This document shows, in pieces, positions 16,715 to 33,684 of a stretch of 64,000 bases of DNA (position 1 is its first letter; each line of letters starts with the position of its first letter). The notes below the pieces were generated by a model, which saw only the letters and a program-made list of their open reading frames with translations, was not told where the DNA came from and did no database searches. The DNA lies in the NCBI RefSeq assembly GCF_009914755.1, contig NC_060939.1; one strand, written 5' to 3'. The position numbers and the translations under genes are program-made. The DNA is from the human T2T-CHM13v2.0 reference genome, Homo sapiens.

Positions 16715-17390
16715 CAGAAATCCCACTTCTAGGTATTTACCCAAGAGAAATGAAAAACTTTGTTACCATAAAACCTGCATGTGAATGTTTATAGCATTTT
16801 TTCATACTTACCCAAAACTAAAAACAAATATCTAGCTGGTGAATGAATAAACAAACAGTTGTACATATGTGCAATAGAATGCCAGCCGGCAATTAAAAAG
16901 GTGCAAACTATAGATACCTGCAACCACAAGAATGATTTTCAAGTATATTATGCTAAAAAGAGTCAGTCTCAAAAAGCTACATATGCTGGGATTCCATTTA
17001 TATAACATTTTGGAAATGGCAAATTGTAGGGACAAAACCAACCAGTGGTTGCCAGGAGCTGAGGGTGGGGGAAGAGGTTGACTATACAGGGGCAACCTGA
17101 GAGCATTTTTGGGGTGATGGAACTGTTCCAAATATTGGTTGTGGTAGTGGTTGCACAATTGTATGGGTTTGTCAAAACTCTTAAAATTGTATACATCCCA
17201 AATAGAATTTTAATATATGTCAGTTTTTAAGTAGGGAAAAGGAGAAGCAACATAATCACGAAAGGTAATATCGGCATAGCAATGTGAACATACTTAAACA
17301 CTGAACCACACACTAAAAAGTGGTTAGGATGGTAAATTTTATGTTATGTGTATTTTGTCACAATTTTTAAAATTTTAAATTTAAAGCTAC
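16715..17390 (+). mobile_element. L1MB/L1MC-type 3' UTR fragments
   Basis: CCCACTTCTAGGTATTTACCCAAGAGAAATGAAAA and later L1M 3' UTR motifs. Confidence 0.65.
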
Positions 17391-18235
17391 CAAAATAATG
17401 CTTGTATAATGGACTATGATGTAATCATTAAAATAATTTTTCCAAAGAATTATCATTGAAATGAGAAAATGCTTATCATATTAGATTAGGATGAATTAAC
17501 AGTATGATTTTCAATCCTATAAATGGCAGAAACAGTGGAGGATTAAATGACAAAAGAATAAAGTTATTGGTGATAGGATTTTGAGTGACTACCTCTATAC
17601 TTCTTGGCACATTACTGGTTTCCACTTACTCCTTTTGTAATCAAGAAAAATGGAAGCATCAGAAAGCATATGCAATGAGTTTTACATTGCTGACTCTATC
17701 AGTCATTTCATATAGGCTCATATTTAAATCATACTGGCAAAAAAATGACCTCCTATCCACTTTAAAATTATTTTTATTCCCATAGAAATAAATATTTTAA
17801 TAACAATTGAAATAGTATCTGTTGACTTTTAATTCAAAATGATTATTTAAGCCTGTGTTTAGCTTTCCTGGCTCCAAATTTGCCATTGAATTCACCAGGA
17901 AAACATAAAGGGAAAAAATATGTAACTCCATTGAAAAATTAGGAAAAGTGCCATGAAGAGATCAGATATTTTTAAGGAGTTTATGTAAAATATAGACAGA
18001 CAAGCACTGGACTGAGGAGAGTACCCGTTGGATGGAATTCCAGTCTCCCAAAGGAAAACTCTGCCTGGAAAATGAGTGGCAGGGTCGCAGAGCTAGTGGC
18101 TGTAGAGGAAGATAGGTTATGTGGTGGTCATCCCTGGAAAATTCTCAAACTTACCAGTATTAGCATCCCAAAAATACTGTTCCAACATGACTTGGTAGAA
18201 TCCCATTTGGTAAGGTCAGTGGTTGAAACAAAATA

Positions 18236-18597
<362 letters not shown>

Positions 18598-19023
18598 CTA
18601 ACTTGAGTTGCTTCAGTAAGGGAAGAGAAATGTCCTAGTGGAGACGTGCTACACAAATTCTTCTACATGTAGCATTTCCCTTTTCATTATAGAAAAGAAT
18701 ACACATATGCACACATGAGACACACACATATTGTACATTAATTGTAGTGGTTATATGGACCCTTGGGTAAGAATTGCATGTGAGTACTACTATTAACTAA
18801 AGAATTCATTCTTTATTTAATGTGACACTTCCACAAGACTTTTTGGCTCCCGATCCTTGAAAATTAGTTTCTTAGAATTAAACTTTGAATCTTTGGGGTA
18901 ATGTGCACTAGTAAAAGTTTTACAGGGAACCAATGCCTTGTATTTGCTTTTTTTTTTTTTTTTTAATGCTTGCCTCTTCTATGAAATCATTATTTCTTCT
19001 TTCTTCTTTCTTTTTTCCTTTAG

Positions 19024-19069
19024 GAATTGTGAAGGGCAGAACATTCGGTACAAGACATGCAGCAATCAT
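19024..19069 (+). CDS. ADAMTSL3: ADAMTSL3 46-nt coding exon (probably exon 5), (R)NCEGQNIRYKTCSNH, end of TSR1
   Basis: Long pyrimidine tract + TAG acceptor (19021-19023); donor CAT|GTAAGT; phase 2 in, phase 0 out; joins in frame to the next exon. Confidence 0.95.
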
Positions 19070-19649
19070 GTAAGTCATAAAATAAAATTATTTTATCCAA
19101 TACAATATGTGCTTGTTTTAAGTTACAATATTCCAATGTGTACTCTAAAACTAATGGTCTCTTAATACCCTTTGTGGAAAACTTAAGTATTTCTTTAATT
19201 GACAACAGATTTTGTATATCAAATATCTTCCATTTATACTACCTTTTAAGGCCATATCACATTCATGATCTAATTTGGTAAGTATTTAATAATTTCTGAA
19301 GTCATAGAAACAATATAATATCTGCAAGCTCCTTCAAAGTTCAGAATGCTTTTATGTTCATTATCTTACCTGACCTTCACACTGTCTCTGGGCAGGTGAG
19401 GTGCAGCTATTTCTCTTTTGCGAGTGAGAGGACTGAGGCTGACCGAGGTAAAATTATTTTTTGAAGGTCACATAGGAAGAGTAGACTTACTTGAACTGGT
19501 CTGTTGTTATTTCTACCTCAGTGTCATGGAATGCTATAGGTGACCCATCAGCAAATCACACAGAAATATACAAAACCCTACCCTTATTTTACATCAGTCA
19601 ACACTAAAAATAAAAATTCAAATATCTTGCTTTAGAAATTTGAAAATAA

Positions 19650-20061
<412 letters not shown>

Positions 20062-20976
20062 TCATACACAAAAAGACCAAAACAACAAATAAACAACTAC
20101 AATTAGACTAGAGTGTCTGAGGGAGAGCACTGGAATATAGCAAGGGAATAGCAGAATGCCTGTGGCACACAGTAACTAAAGATGGCAGCATAGGGAGGAG
20201 GGCGAAGTACTCTGCCTCTACTACTCCATCTCCCCTGTAAGGTAAGCAGGGAGCCCCTAGTAGCCCCTATTACCACTGCAGACACATGTAGTCCTTGCTA
20301 CAGGAGAACGCGGCAGTCCTCACAGGCCCTGAGCCCAGTTTGGGGGAGCTGCCTGGAGTTCCCACAGCTGCATTGCTTCACAGTAGGAGCTCACATTGTG
20401 CACTGCCCACCTCCCATGACCCAGGCTGTTATGGCACAGTGCCACCTTGAAACTGGAGCCACTGCTAGAGTGTGCTGTACTCTAGGGGACAGTAACCACT
20501 GATCTTTCCATCCCTGAGGCTCAACTATCATTCTTACATGCTCACACAGATGACTGCAGCACCACAACCCTAGCTATTTAGACCCTAGGCCCGGTGAAAT
20601 GGTGGTGACTCTTGCATCCAAGTCCACATGGCACCCTTCCCTGCAAGGAACAGGTCCTGCACAGTTGTGCATGTACCTCCAGCTTAAGAACCAGCCTGGT
20701 GGCCCTTTCTCTGGCAAAGGTGCACCACTACTGCCCTAAACTCCTGCAGCCTAGGCTATTGAAGCACTCACAGATATTACTACATGGATTACAGCTGATG
20801 AAACTGTGTGTAGACCCAACTACTGTGTCCACCCAGAACCAATGTGAATTCACACTACTCAACTGACACCCTAGGACACATCTTTAGGGAAAAGTCTTTC
20901 CTTATAAAAGCTACTCTGTAAAATTGGAAGCAAAAACGAATTCAGCAGATGCACAGATATCAAAGTAGATACACAA

Positions 20977-21328
<352 letters not shown>

Positions 21329-21578
21329 TCAAAGGAATATAATTCTTGAGTAACAAACTCCAAAGAAAAGGAAACTTACAAAATGCCAGAAAAAGAATTC
21401 AAAGTAGTGATCTTAGGGAAACTTGTGAGATACAGAAGAACACAGATAAAAAATTTAATGAAATCATTTGAATTTACAATAGCTATATTTACAAGAGCTA
21501 CAAAAAAGTAAGATATTCAGGAATAAATTTAACCAAGAAGGTAAAAGATCTTTGCATTAAAAATTATAAAGCATTAAT

Positions 21579-21872
<294 letters not shown>

Positions 21873-23669
21873 TCAAAACAGTAATGAAATAAAGAGGGTG
21901 CAAAAAGAGGTGTTCATGGATTGGAAAAATTCATATTGTTAAAATGTCCTTACTATCCAAAGTGATATACAGATTTAATACAATCCCTGTTAAAATTCCA
22001 GTGACATTCTTCACAGAAAAAAAGAAATCCTAAAACTTGTATAGAATCACAAAAAGACTCTGAACACCCAAAGCAATCTTGATTAAAAACAAACAAACAC
22101 ACAAAAAACAAAACTGGAGGCATCACACTACCTGACTTCAAAATATATGACAAAGTGATAGTAACTAAAACAGCATGACATTGGTGTAAAAATACACATA
22201 GATCAGTGGCACAGATTAGAGAGTCCAGAAATAAGTCCACATACCTACAGCCAACTGATTTTCACAAGGGTGCCAAGAATACACACTGGGGAAAGGACAG
22301 TGTCTTCAATAAACTGTGCTGGGAAAATTGGATATCTATATGCAGAAGAATAAAACTGGACCCCTATCTCTCACCGTGTACAAAATCCACTAAAAATGAA
22401 GTAAAGACTTAAATGTAAGACTTGAAAATAAGAAACTGATAGAAGAAAACAGAGAAAATGCTTCATGACGTTGGACTGGGTAAGGATTTTTAAAATATGA
22501 CCTCAAAAGCACAGACAATAAAAGCAAAAATAGACAAATGGGATTATATTAAACTACAAAGCTTACGTACATCGAAGGAAACAAGAGTAAAGAGATAACC
22601 TGAAGAATGGGAGAAAATATTTGCAAACTAGACAGCTGGACACGGAAATATTTAGAATATATAAGGAATTCAAACAACTCAATAGCAAAGAAACCCAAAA
22701 CAAATAATTTGATTTAAAAATGGGCAAAAGGCCTTAATGGACATTTCTCAATAGAAAACATAAATACCAACCCAGGTGTATGAAAAAATGCTTAACATCA
22801 CTAATCATCAGAGAAATACAAATCAAAACCACTATATCACCTCATTCCACTTAAAATGATTATTATCACAAAGACAAAAGACACAAGTGTTCCTGAGGAT
22901 GTGGAGAAAAGGGAACCCTTATTGCTATTAGTGGGAATGTAAATTAGTTCAGTGTTTGTGGAAAATAGTATGGAGTTCCTCAAAATTTAAAAAATAGAAC
23001 TACAATATGATCCAGCAATCCCATTACTGATTATATATTCAGAGGAAATGAAATCAGTATATCACAGAGACATCCTCACTCACGTGTTTATTGTAGCACT
23101 ATTCACAATAGCCAAGGTATGGAATCAACTTAAATGTCCAACAGTGAATGAATGGTTAAAGAAAATGTGGTATATATACACAATGAAATACTATGCAGCC
23201 GTAAAAAGAAGGAAATGCTGTCATTTGTGACATGGATGAATCTAGAGGATATTATGTTAAGTGAAATAATCCAGGCACAGAAAGACAAATACCACATAAT
23301 CTCATTCATACGTGGAATCCAAAAAAAAAAAAAAAACAACTTGATATCTTAAAAGTAGGCAATAAACCAGTGGTTACCAGAGACTGGGGAGGACAGGGGG
23401 CAGGTAGAGATTGGGAGAGGTTAGTCAAGAAAGTTACAACTAGGAAGGAAGGATGATTTTTGGTGTCCTGTTGCACAGTGGAGTAGCTATAGTAAACAGC
23501 AAGACATTGTATATCTCAATTTAGCCAGAAGAGAGGATCTCGAATGTTCCCACCACAAAGAAATGATAAATTTTTGAGGTGGTGAACATGCTAATGACCC
23601 TAATTTGTTCATTATATAATGTATACATGTATTGAAACATCACGTTGTACCCCATAAATATGTGCAATT

Positions 23670-24070
23670 TGTGGAGCCCTAAGGAGTTGAAAGAAAACTG
23701 AAAAATGGGCTTAGCTGGCAGAAACAGAAATAGGGGGTAGAGAGGAACAAATGTTCTGAGAAATAGGGTCAACTGCAAATGGCTCACTAGCACCCAAGCA
23801 TCCTGTTACAAGCATCCAAATCACAGCCCACCTGCACCAAGCATCCTGTCTGCAAACATTCAGCCCAAGTAGCACAACCTAAAAAACTCCCTTGCAGTCC
23901 CTGCCTCTTTGCAGACAGCAGACAGCCTTCCCTCTGCTGTATTGCCCATTGCTCACTGGCAGTGTATCTCCCCTTTTCTTTAAATAGATCTGCCTTTCCA
24001 GACTCGTTACTGTCTTGGTAAATTCCTTTACTGACTATGTGTCGGCCCCAGGCAATCACTAACCATGACA
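23670..24070 (+). mobile_element. Solo LTR (probably ERVL class) inserted in the L1 3' end
   Basis: TG...CA termini, ~400 bp, interrupts the L1 terminal motif ATATGTGCAATT/TTATGTG; family not determined. Confidence 0.6.
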
Positions 24071-24861
24071 TTTTATGTGTTTATTAAAAGTTTTAAAAAC
24101 ATTTCCCTCATTGGTGGTATAGACCCAAATCAAAATGACAGGAATTAAAAGGAAATTCTGAAAATCAGGAGATCTCATTTCAAATGAGATTGATTTATTT
24201 TTATCCACTTTTCTCAATTGGCTGTAACTAATTTATTTTAAAAGATCAATTACTGGAGCTTTGTCTGTCTTTCTCCCTTCTCTGTCCCAAGCCAGTGTGA
24301 GACATCAGTCCTGGGTAAGGGTTTCTAATCTATGGATCAAGTTTTTTCTTGGTGGGTAGGCCCCCGAGTTCTATGGGAGTAGAAAGCTGGCAGTCTTTAG
24401 CAACACCTTTTGACTGAGAGCTCAAGCCATATTTGCAGTCCATTTCTATCAACGATGAAGCTGACATTTCTATCTGTATCTCTCCACTGGTTCCAAACTT
24501 GAATGGGAAAAAATGGGTGCCTATTTACTGGGGCACTCAAACTCAAATATCACTTAGCCAGAAGTAACCAGATTTTTATCAACCGAGTCCTCAGAGGGAT
24601 TTTGGAGCACGATGCAAATGCTTCACATCTCTGGTGATTTGAATTGAATCACACTTGATGTTGAGCAACACACCTGCTTGTGAATGCTGAATTAACATTC
24701 ATTCATTGTGAATGCTGGAAGTCCAGATGGGGCATGTAGGAGGGAGAGAGAGAGACTGAACACAAAGGCAAGTATGTCAGTGCCAACGTAGTCTAGCCTT
24801 CCTTTTAAACAAGCATGTGGGTGCATTAGCAACCTCAGAGTTCTACCACCTTTTTCATGGG

Positions 24862-25658
<797 letters not shown>

Positions 25659-28600
25659 ATGGGATAGCTAAAGTTTTCTTTGGTCTGACAATTTCCTTGT
25701 AGTCATTCAAGAACAAATTTCAAAACAGTATGATTTCCAGCAATAATTTGTGAAACTATTTAAAACAATTCATTTTAAACCCCAGATCAAGGTGTTACAT
25801 TTTGGGATCTCATTCTAGAGTTTCTCTGTGTGTGTATCACTCTGCTCTAGCTAATTCCAAAAAGGAACCTATTATCAACACAAGTGTTAGAGTATTATGC
25901 CACATAGTACAGACATAAAATGTAATCTGCTAAAATTATGCACATGAGGTGCAATGGTTAGGACTTTGGTATACTCGAGTGAAGATATGATGCCCCTGAA
26001 GCTCTCTGGGCCTTGGGGGTTACCTGTGGTCTCTAATTTATGGTCCCTCTGGGAGAATGCGGCAGAAATGTTTCTAGGTTGGTAAGAAATAGATGCTTGG
26101 GGTAGAGTAGGAAGGAGGTGGAGAAGCAAATGCTGCCCTTTTTAGTTCTCAGAGTTGGAATCCTTAGAGAGTCCTAAGAGAGGTTTCATAAGAATATAGC
26201 ATCAGTTGCTATGCTTGTCATTGCAAACTCAGAATTTCCAACAAAATTCCTTATTTGTAAAATAAGGGAAGGTTGTGGCAGTGGAAGTGTCCAGAGCATC
26301 CCTTTGTCTCCACGTGCCACAGTATCTGCAGCTGTGCACGCCCAAGCTGTGTTGCAAACCAGAGGTGCATAAATGCAGCCCCAGCTTCAGTGTTGATAAT
26401 CTGTAAGAGTCCATTCCTGCACAGGAGAGATTATGCAAGTATATTCCTGAATATACTATAGAAACATTGCAAACATGTTGAGTGCCATAAGTGGATGTAA
26501 CCACAATGAACTTGGAGTATGAATATGGTTGTATCTTTTTTTCCATGTAATTACTTGAACTGCTTCCTGCTTTATTAATTGGGGGCTCAAAATATCCACC
26601 TCACCATAGCAGGAGTGGGGACCAGTCTGCAACCCACCCCACCTCAAGTGGGAGAGGACCAAGTTCTGATGAGCATCCCCCTGCTGTTACTTCTCACTGC
26701 CTTCCCACTGCCATTCAATGCCTTACTGAAGACTGGCCACACTAGTTCAGTGGTTAGTGGAGTTCATTTTACCTGGAAATGGGGATGGTCATTCACTCTT
26801 TTGAAGGAAGTTGCCTTTAGTGATTCTAAGATGAGGAGTTCTTTTGAGGGATACTTGCCCCCTGATTCAAACATGCCTACACCTATACTTCCAGGACCGT
26901 AAAAGCCCTGTATTAAGGGACGGCAGGGTCTTTTCAGTCCCATCCAAGAGATGTCATCATCAATGGCCAAACTCAGTCTCTATCAGAGTAGTCTGCTGTA
27001 TGGAGAAGGAGGTGTTTCTGTTAGTGAGCCTTGGAGATCTAACACTGGATCATATTCCAGAGATTGCTAAAAGTTCTGTTTCTCCATGGGAATGCCTGAA
27101 GGCTCAGGCTGTCAGCCTTAAGACCATGGGTTGTTGTCTATACGTGTTGACTTCCTCACACTTAACTGAAATAGTAATAATAATAGTAGCTCATACTTAT
27201 TAAGTACTTCCTGAATGCTAGGCATTATTCTAAGTGCCATTTCATGTATAAATTAATGTAATCCTCACACTAACCCTGAGAAGTACGTGCTATTTTTATT
27301 TCCACATTTACAGAGGAGATTTAAGTAACCTGCCCAAGGTCACAGAACCGAATTTAACCTCAGACAGTCAGGTTTCGGTGAGTGCACACCTAACCACTCT
27401 ACTACACTGTACAAGAGTATGGAAAGGCTGTAACCTTTGTCAGATAATAAAATGATGGTGCAGACAGCAGTAGCTAAAGCATGGTAGCTTTTAGCAACAC
27501 GTGAGCACAAGAATTGCTGTGGTTTTGGAGACACATTATACTTCCAGATACCATTGTAGAAAATCTAACTGTGGAACAGTAGGTCAGACCTTCTAAATAA
27601 TCTTAGTTGGCAAGGGCCAGAGATCAGGGAAGAGCAGGGAATTAACTGAAAGAGACGCAACTGAAGGGAGTCAGAGAAAGGAAATCCTCCATGGCTATTC
27701 GTTTTCCACTACTCCAGCAGCCTGGGGTGGATCCCTAGCATAGGGGAGGATCTGACTTAACGAGGACAGACTCTGACAGTTGCATTTCAGAATTCTACCC
27801 ACCTCAGCAGAAGACACTAAAGAAAAAAAAATTCAGTCACTCAAGAAAAGATCAAATGTTCTTTTGTTATGAAATCTAGTTGTAATAGGGACATGCATTC
27901 ACAGCACATAGATGAAGATGAAGAAATTCCACTCCTGGTGTGCAGGAGATCATGCCTCAAATGGCAGGAGCGGAAGACATATCCAGGCCACGAGGACCAC
28001 ACCACTCTCCCTGAGAATTCAGACTTTGGTTCAGTGGCTCTCCTCAGGTTCACTCTGTCAGGGGAGATGGGGATTTGGGCTTTGGGCCTGAAAGATTATG
28101 GAACAGAACATGCCTGGGTACAGTGCCATGGCTCCTGGGTGACTGCTGTCTTCAGACATAACCTGCTGATCAGCACTTAGCATATATCTTTATAGCCAGA
28201 GACTGGCCCCTGAGCCCTAGATAAAGAATTATCCTTATCAGGGGTATTTTGGAGCAAATGGAGAATTCCTAAGAGAAGTCATGCATGTCAGCAGGGAGGT
28301 CTAATACCTGAATTCACTGATGAGTCATGTTTTTATACCAGGGTTTATAGGATTAAAGGCAATGCTGGAAGAGGCAAAGGGAAAATAATTTTAAGATAAG
28401 TGTATCATAATTTGGTAAGGATGTTTTTGTAGCATGAACACATTTTTATATGAGCACAGAGGGAGGCCTGGTGTACTTGCAGAGGGGGCTCCCAGGGCTC
28501 CTTCTTGACTTTACAGAAGGGACATTTGATGTGACCATTGCGGGATCCCTCATACCTGGATCCTATGAATGGCTAGAATCTGACAATTTTCCATTCAGTA

Positions 28601-31128
28601 TTTCTCTTGAAGGTGTTCTTTTCTTTTCCTTGTCATTAGTCCTACTCTGGGCAAGAGTCACCCCCTCTCATGTCTGTCTCCAGACTTCCAGGCCATCTTG
28701 CGATTATACTGTTCCTAAAATGCCATCTTTTATATTTTAGTCCCCTCCGTGGATCCTTATTGCTTTTAAATCTCCTCACTTGCATTCAAGGACCTTCTTA
28801 TCTTCAGGTAAGATTTATCTCTTATTTAAACTCCCAACTTCCACCCTTTCTGGACAAGGCTGCACACTGCTCCTTATGGATAACGAATTTATTTCTGCTG
28901 TTTCTCTTTTGTTACGTCGTTTCCCGAATCTTATCCTGTTTACATCACACCATCCTTTAAATCCATCTGAGATTTCACTTTTCCACAATTCCTTATTTGC
29001 CAACTCTAGCTTACAGTGGCCACCAACAATTTATTTTTATGCTAGAAATGTTGTCATTTGTTATATGAAAGAATCACAAAATTTAGCTCATAGTACAACT
29101 TGGATATGAAGTTAAAATAAAATTTTAAAATTTGCTTGTAGCAACAATATTATTTCTCCTGAGTCCCTACTTGCTGGTTATTGGGAGAGGGGATTGGGAG
29201 GGGGATTGCCTAAATGTCTGATCTACATGAAAGCTTGGTCCAGTCCTATTATATAAATAATCTCAGGTAATGGCCTGTCTCTCTTGCATAAAAGTACTCA
29301 GTTTATTAGATAATCTTTCATTCCTGGCTTCTATACATAAGTTGCCCCCAGGTTTTACATATCCCCATGGTTTTAGGAGGGGAAGGAGACCTTGTTTTCA
29401 AGATGGTTTGGGAAATGGGTGCCTTTTGTCATTTGTTGGCTGTGGCAGCTGCCTCCTCTTCCTTTCTCTTCCCTTCTCCTCCTCTCCATCCTCTTCTCTT
29501 CCTCCTATCCTTCTCCTCCTCTTTCTTCTTTTCTGAGCTTCCCAGACTGGCTACCTGCACTGACTGACACTTCCTTTTTATTACTTCTATCAGGTTAGAG
29601 TCAAGTCTTGCTGATATGGAATCTATTCTTATTAACTTCATCTAATCAATTGTACAACTTAACTCTTGGATAACAATTCTGTGCCCTTCATTGCATTCCT
29701 ACTTAAAGTCTACAAATACCAGTGATAACACTTGTTCAGTGTGTTTCATGCGTATAGAAGCTACATCTCCAATAAGATAACAAGCTCATTGAATGACAGT
29801 GGTGGATTATATTTTTTTTTGTGTGTTCTCCCTAGCACGTGACCTAGGGCAAAGCCCATCAAGTATATTTCATAAATAAGTGTTGTCTTCAACTTAACTG
29901 ATAGGAAAAAAATGCTTCTTAGGGAAAGGAAAGCAGAAGAATGTTTGGCATTTTGCTCCCTAAATGTCAAATAGACTGTTTAAGACACAAGAATCCCTAG
30001 CTTGTCTTGAGCTGGGACATGGGACCTAGCTGAGCCGGATTAGGCAAGTTTAGCGTTGACACTGGAAGAATGTGAAGTGAATGAAAGCATTTATTGTAAG
30101 CAGTCAGCGTCCCCCACATTTACTAGAAAGCAGTATTCTATAATAGAGTGCTTGTTACTTTGAGAATCAGTCTTGGCTTTGTCATATCCTAGTGTGTGTC
30201 TTTGGACTAGTGGCTAAAAACTTTCTAGGTCACAGTTTTCTCCATTTATAGAGTGAGGGTAATAATCCTGACCTACCTAGTTCAAAGGGTGGTGGTAAAA
30301 AGAGAATGTCAGTGATTACCCCTGGGAAACTAAAAAGCATGATCCGGATATCAGGCTGCCTTAATCAGATAGCATCATATGCTAAGAACAGAAGTCCACT
30401 TAGATTAGCTCAGGACAAAGGGGATTCACTGGATGGATATGTGGGTTTTTAAGAGAATTTAAGCATAAGCAGGCCTTGAGGGCCTGGAGCCAGAAATCAG
30501 AAAATGAGGAACACAGGTTACTTATTCCTATTTAAATGCATAGTTTACTATCTTTCCTCCTCCTTTCTTACCGAATTCATTCTTCTTTGCTGTGGGAACT
30601 GGCTTGCTTTGCTTCAACATGAATCTTATAAAAGAAATGGCCAGTCCAACCCCAGATTGATATGAGTTCTTAGCTCTCTTAGCTCCAGCTCTTTTGTTGC
30701 AATCGCAAATTTCTGGGAAAGATTGACCTGGTGTGGACCAGATGTTTGCCTCTGGATAGTCAGCTGTGGCCAAGGGGGCTGGTCACATGTACAAATCTGG
30801 CCACCCTGAGGCTGACATCCTAAGGTGTCTTCCGCTAATTAACTCTTGTTAATTTTGTGAAACTTCATTGGTTTATGTTTAAGGGAGTCGAGAGTTAGCT
30901 AGCCGGCACATTCAGTCCCTAGAGAATGCTTGCCATTGAGCCTAATGCAAAGAAGTTGCTTGCATCCTGCTCTCTTAGACACTTTCCTTTGGTTGGTTTC
31001 AAAGAGTGAGATATAGAGAAAACTAGCTGTGGCTGGAGGAAGAGGAGGTGATGTAATTTTGTAACTGATGATCCTTCCTATGGCCAGATGGAGGATACAG
31101 TCCTCATTTCAACAGAGGAAAGTCATCT

Positions 31129-31408
<280 letters not shown>

Positions 31409-32168
31409 GTCATCCAGTTTTAGTCTTCTTCAGTTTGACTTGCTTCTAGGAGTGTAACCTGGTTTAATTTTGCTAAGACAACAAAAATGTGGATGCAATA
31501 TAGGATTTTGGAATGTTTCACAGCAAAATAATACAACTAATCTCAGAAGAATGTTTGTTAATTATATTCTATCTATTCCCTATCTACTTCCAAAAAGGAT
31601 TTAAGGAAGTTTATAAAGGCCAAAAGTGTAAACAATAAAATACAAACGTGAAGTAGCAAAAAGAGGAAAACTGTATTTAAAAATCTTGGCTGATAATTTA
31701 TCAATATCTATTTGTGGAAAAAGAAAAGCTAGATTTCTAACTTAAACCATTCATCTAAATAAATTCCAAATATAACAAATAGTTAAACATGACTGCTAAT
31801 CTGTAAAGGAACTAGGAAGATACATTTAAGTATTTATCTGTTCTCAGAGCAGAGTGGGAAAACATTTCTAAGCCCATTAAAAAAGAAAGAAACCTGAACG
31901 GGAAATATTAATAGAGCTGACTGCATGAAAATGTAAAACTTTTTGACTTTACAAAGTACCAAAACCAAAATGAAATGGGGAAAATATTTCCAACAGAAAT
32001 GACAAAGAGTTGATAATTTCACTATGAGGTTTAATAGTTTCATCTGCTGAAAATAATAAAAAGACAAAAATGCCAATGGATAAAGGATATAAAACAAGAC
32101 ATTTTTGAAGAATTAATACAAAAAGCAAATACACATGAAAATATATTAAACAATAAAAAGAAAATGCA

Positions 32169-32425
32169 AGCTGGGCGCGGTGGCTCACACCTGTAATCCC
32201 AACACTTTGGGAGGCTGAGGTGGGTGAATCACTTGAGGTCAGAAGTTTGAGACCAGCCTGGCCAACATGGTGAAACCCCATCTCTAATAAAAATACAAAA
32301 AAATTAGCTGGGCATGGTGGCAGGCACCTGTAATCCCAGCTACTCGAGAGGCTGAGACAGGAGAATCACTTGAACCTGGGAGGTCCAGCCTAGGTGACAA
32401 AGCAAGACTCTATTTCAAAAAGAAA
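32169..32425 (+). mobile_element. AluS with deletion in the right monomer
   Basis: Dimeric Alu; TSD approximately AAAAGAAAAYGCAA. Confidence 0.88.
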
Positions 32426-32711
32426 ACGCAAACGAAAACAATGAAGTTATATTTTATACTTCTGATTGGAAAAAAAACTAGAAAATTATAATGGAGGGCA
32501 ATTTTGCAATATTTTGAATAGTCTATAAAATGTGCATAACCTTGGACTCAGAAATTTTATTTCCAGAAAGAAGTCCTTGGTAAATAATCAAGATTTGTGT
32601 GAAGATTTAGATACAAAGATCTATGTTATTTATTCTTTTGTTGAGTAGAAACTATTTTCCAAAGTTTTTAGAATGAATATTTATTACCTTTATAATACAA
32701 AAAAATAATAA

Positions 32712-33032
<321 letters not shown>

Positions 33033-33395
33033 CTATGTTGCTTTTTTCTACCTGTTGTCTTTAATTATGAAGTTTGCATATCAAAAGTAGATTTTTGATG
33101 AGTAAAGTAATACTTTTCTCAACTAGTATCTTGCTTTGGAAATATCTGGTGGGCGGAATCAGTAATTTAGTAAAAAGACCGATGAGTCATCAATATTTGT
33201 ACAAACACTTTTTATTATGAGAGCAACTGAAGGCATGTACTTAGAATTTATTTGCTTTTGTTGTAGACAGAATTTGAACAAGCTATGTTTTCTGCCGTCC
33301 ATCCTACAGCCAGTTGAAGGCAGGTACTTGGTACCAGTGAAGAGATGGGAGGGAGCCTGACGGGAGGAAAGACAGATGAATTAAAAACAACGACA

Positions 33396-33684
33396 GGCCG
33401 GGCACTGTGGCTCACGCCTTTAATCCTGGCACTTTGGGAGGCCGACACAGGTGGATCATGAGGTGGGAGAGCCAGACCATCCTGGCCAACGTGGTGAAAC
33501 CCCGTCTCTACTAGAAATACAAAAATGAGCTGGGCGTGGTGGTGTGCGCCTGTAGTCCCAGCTACTCAGGGGGGCTGAAGCAGGAGAATCGCTTGAACCT
33601 GGGAGGCGGAGGTTGCAGTGAGCCGAGCCACTGCACTCCAGCCTGGCGACAGAGTGACACTCCGTCTCAAAAAAAAAAAAAAAA
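33396..33684 (+). mobile_element. AluS (Sc-like)
   Basis: Dimeric Alu with poly(A). Confidence 0.9.

Noticed and set aside
18938-19165. 75-aa hydrophobic ORF
   Set aside because: The Phe-rich part is the translated polypyrimidine tract; only 19024-19069 is exonic.
24172-24190. Palindrome ATCTCATTT-C-AAATGAGAT
   Set aside because: 9-bp AT-rich arms; too short to separate from chance without conservation data.
25887-27203. Cluster of short ORFs in apparently unique sequence, possible pseudogene
   Set aside because: No recognisable protein motif, consistent frame, poly(A) or TSD. A tBLASTx search would be needed to exclude an old retrocopy.
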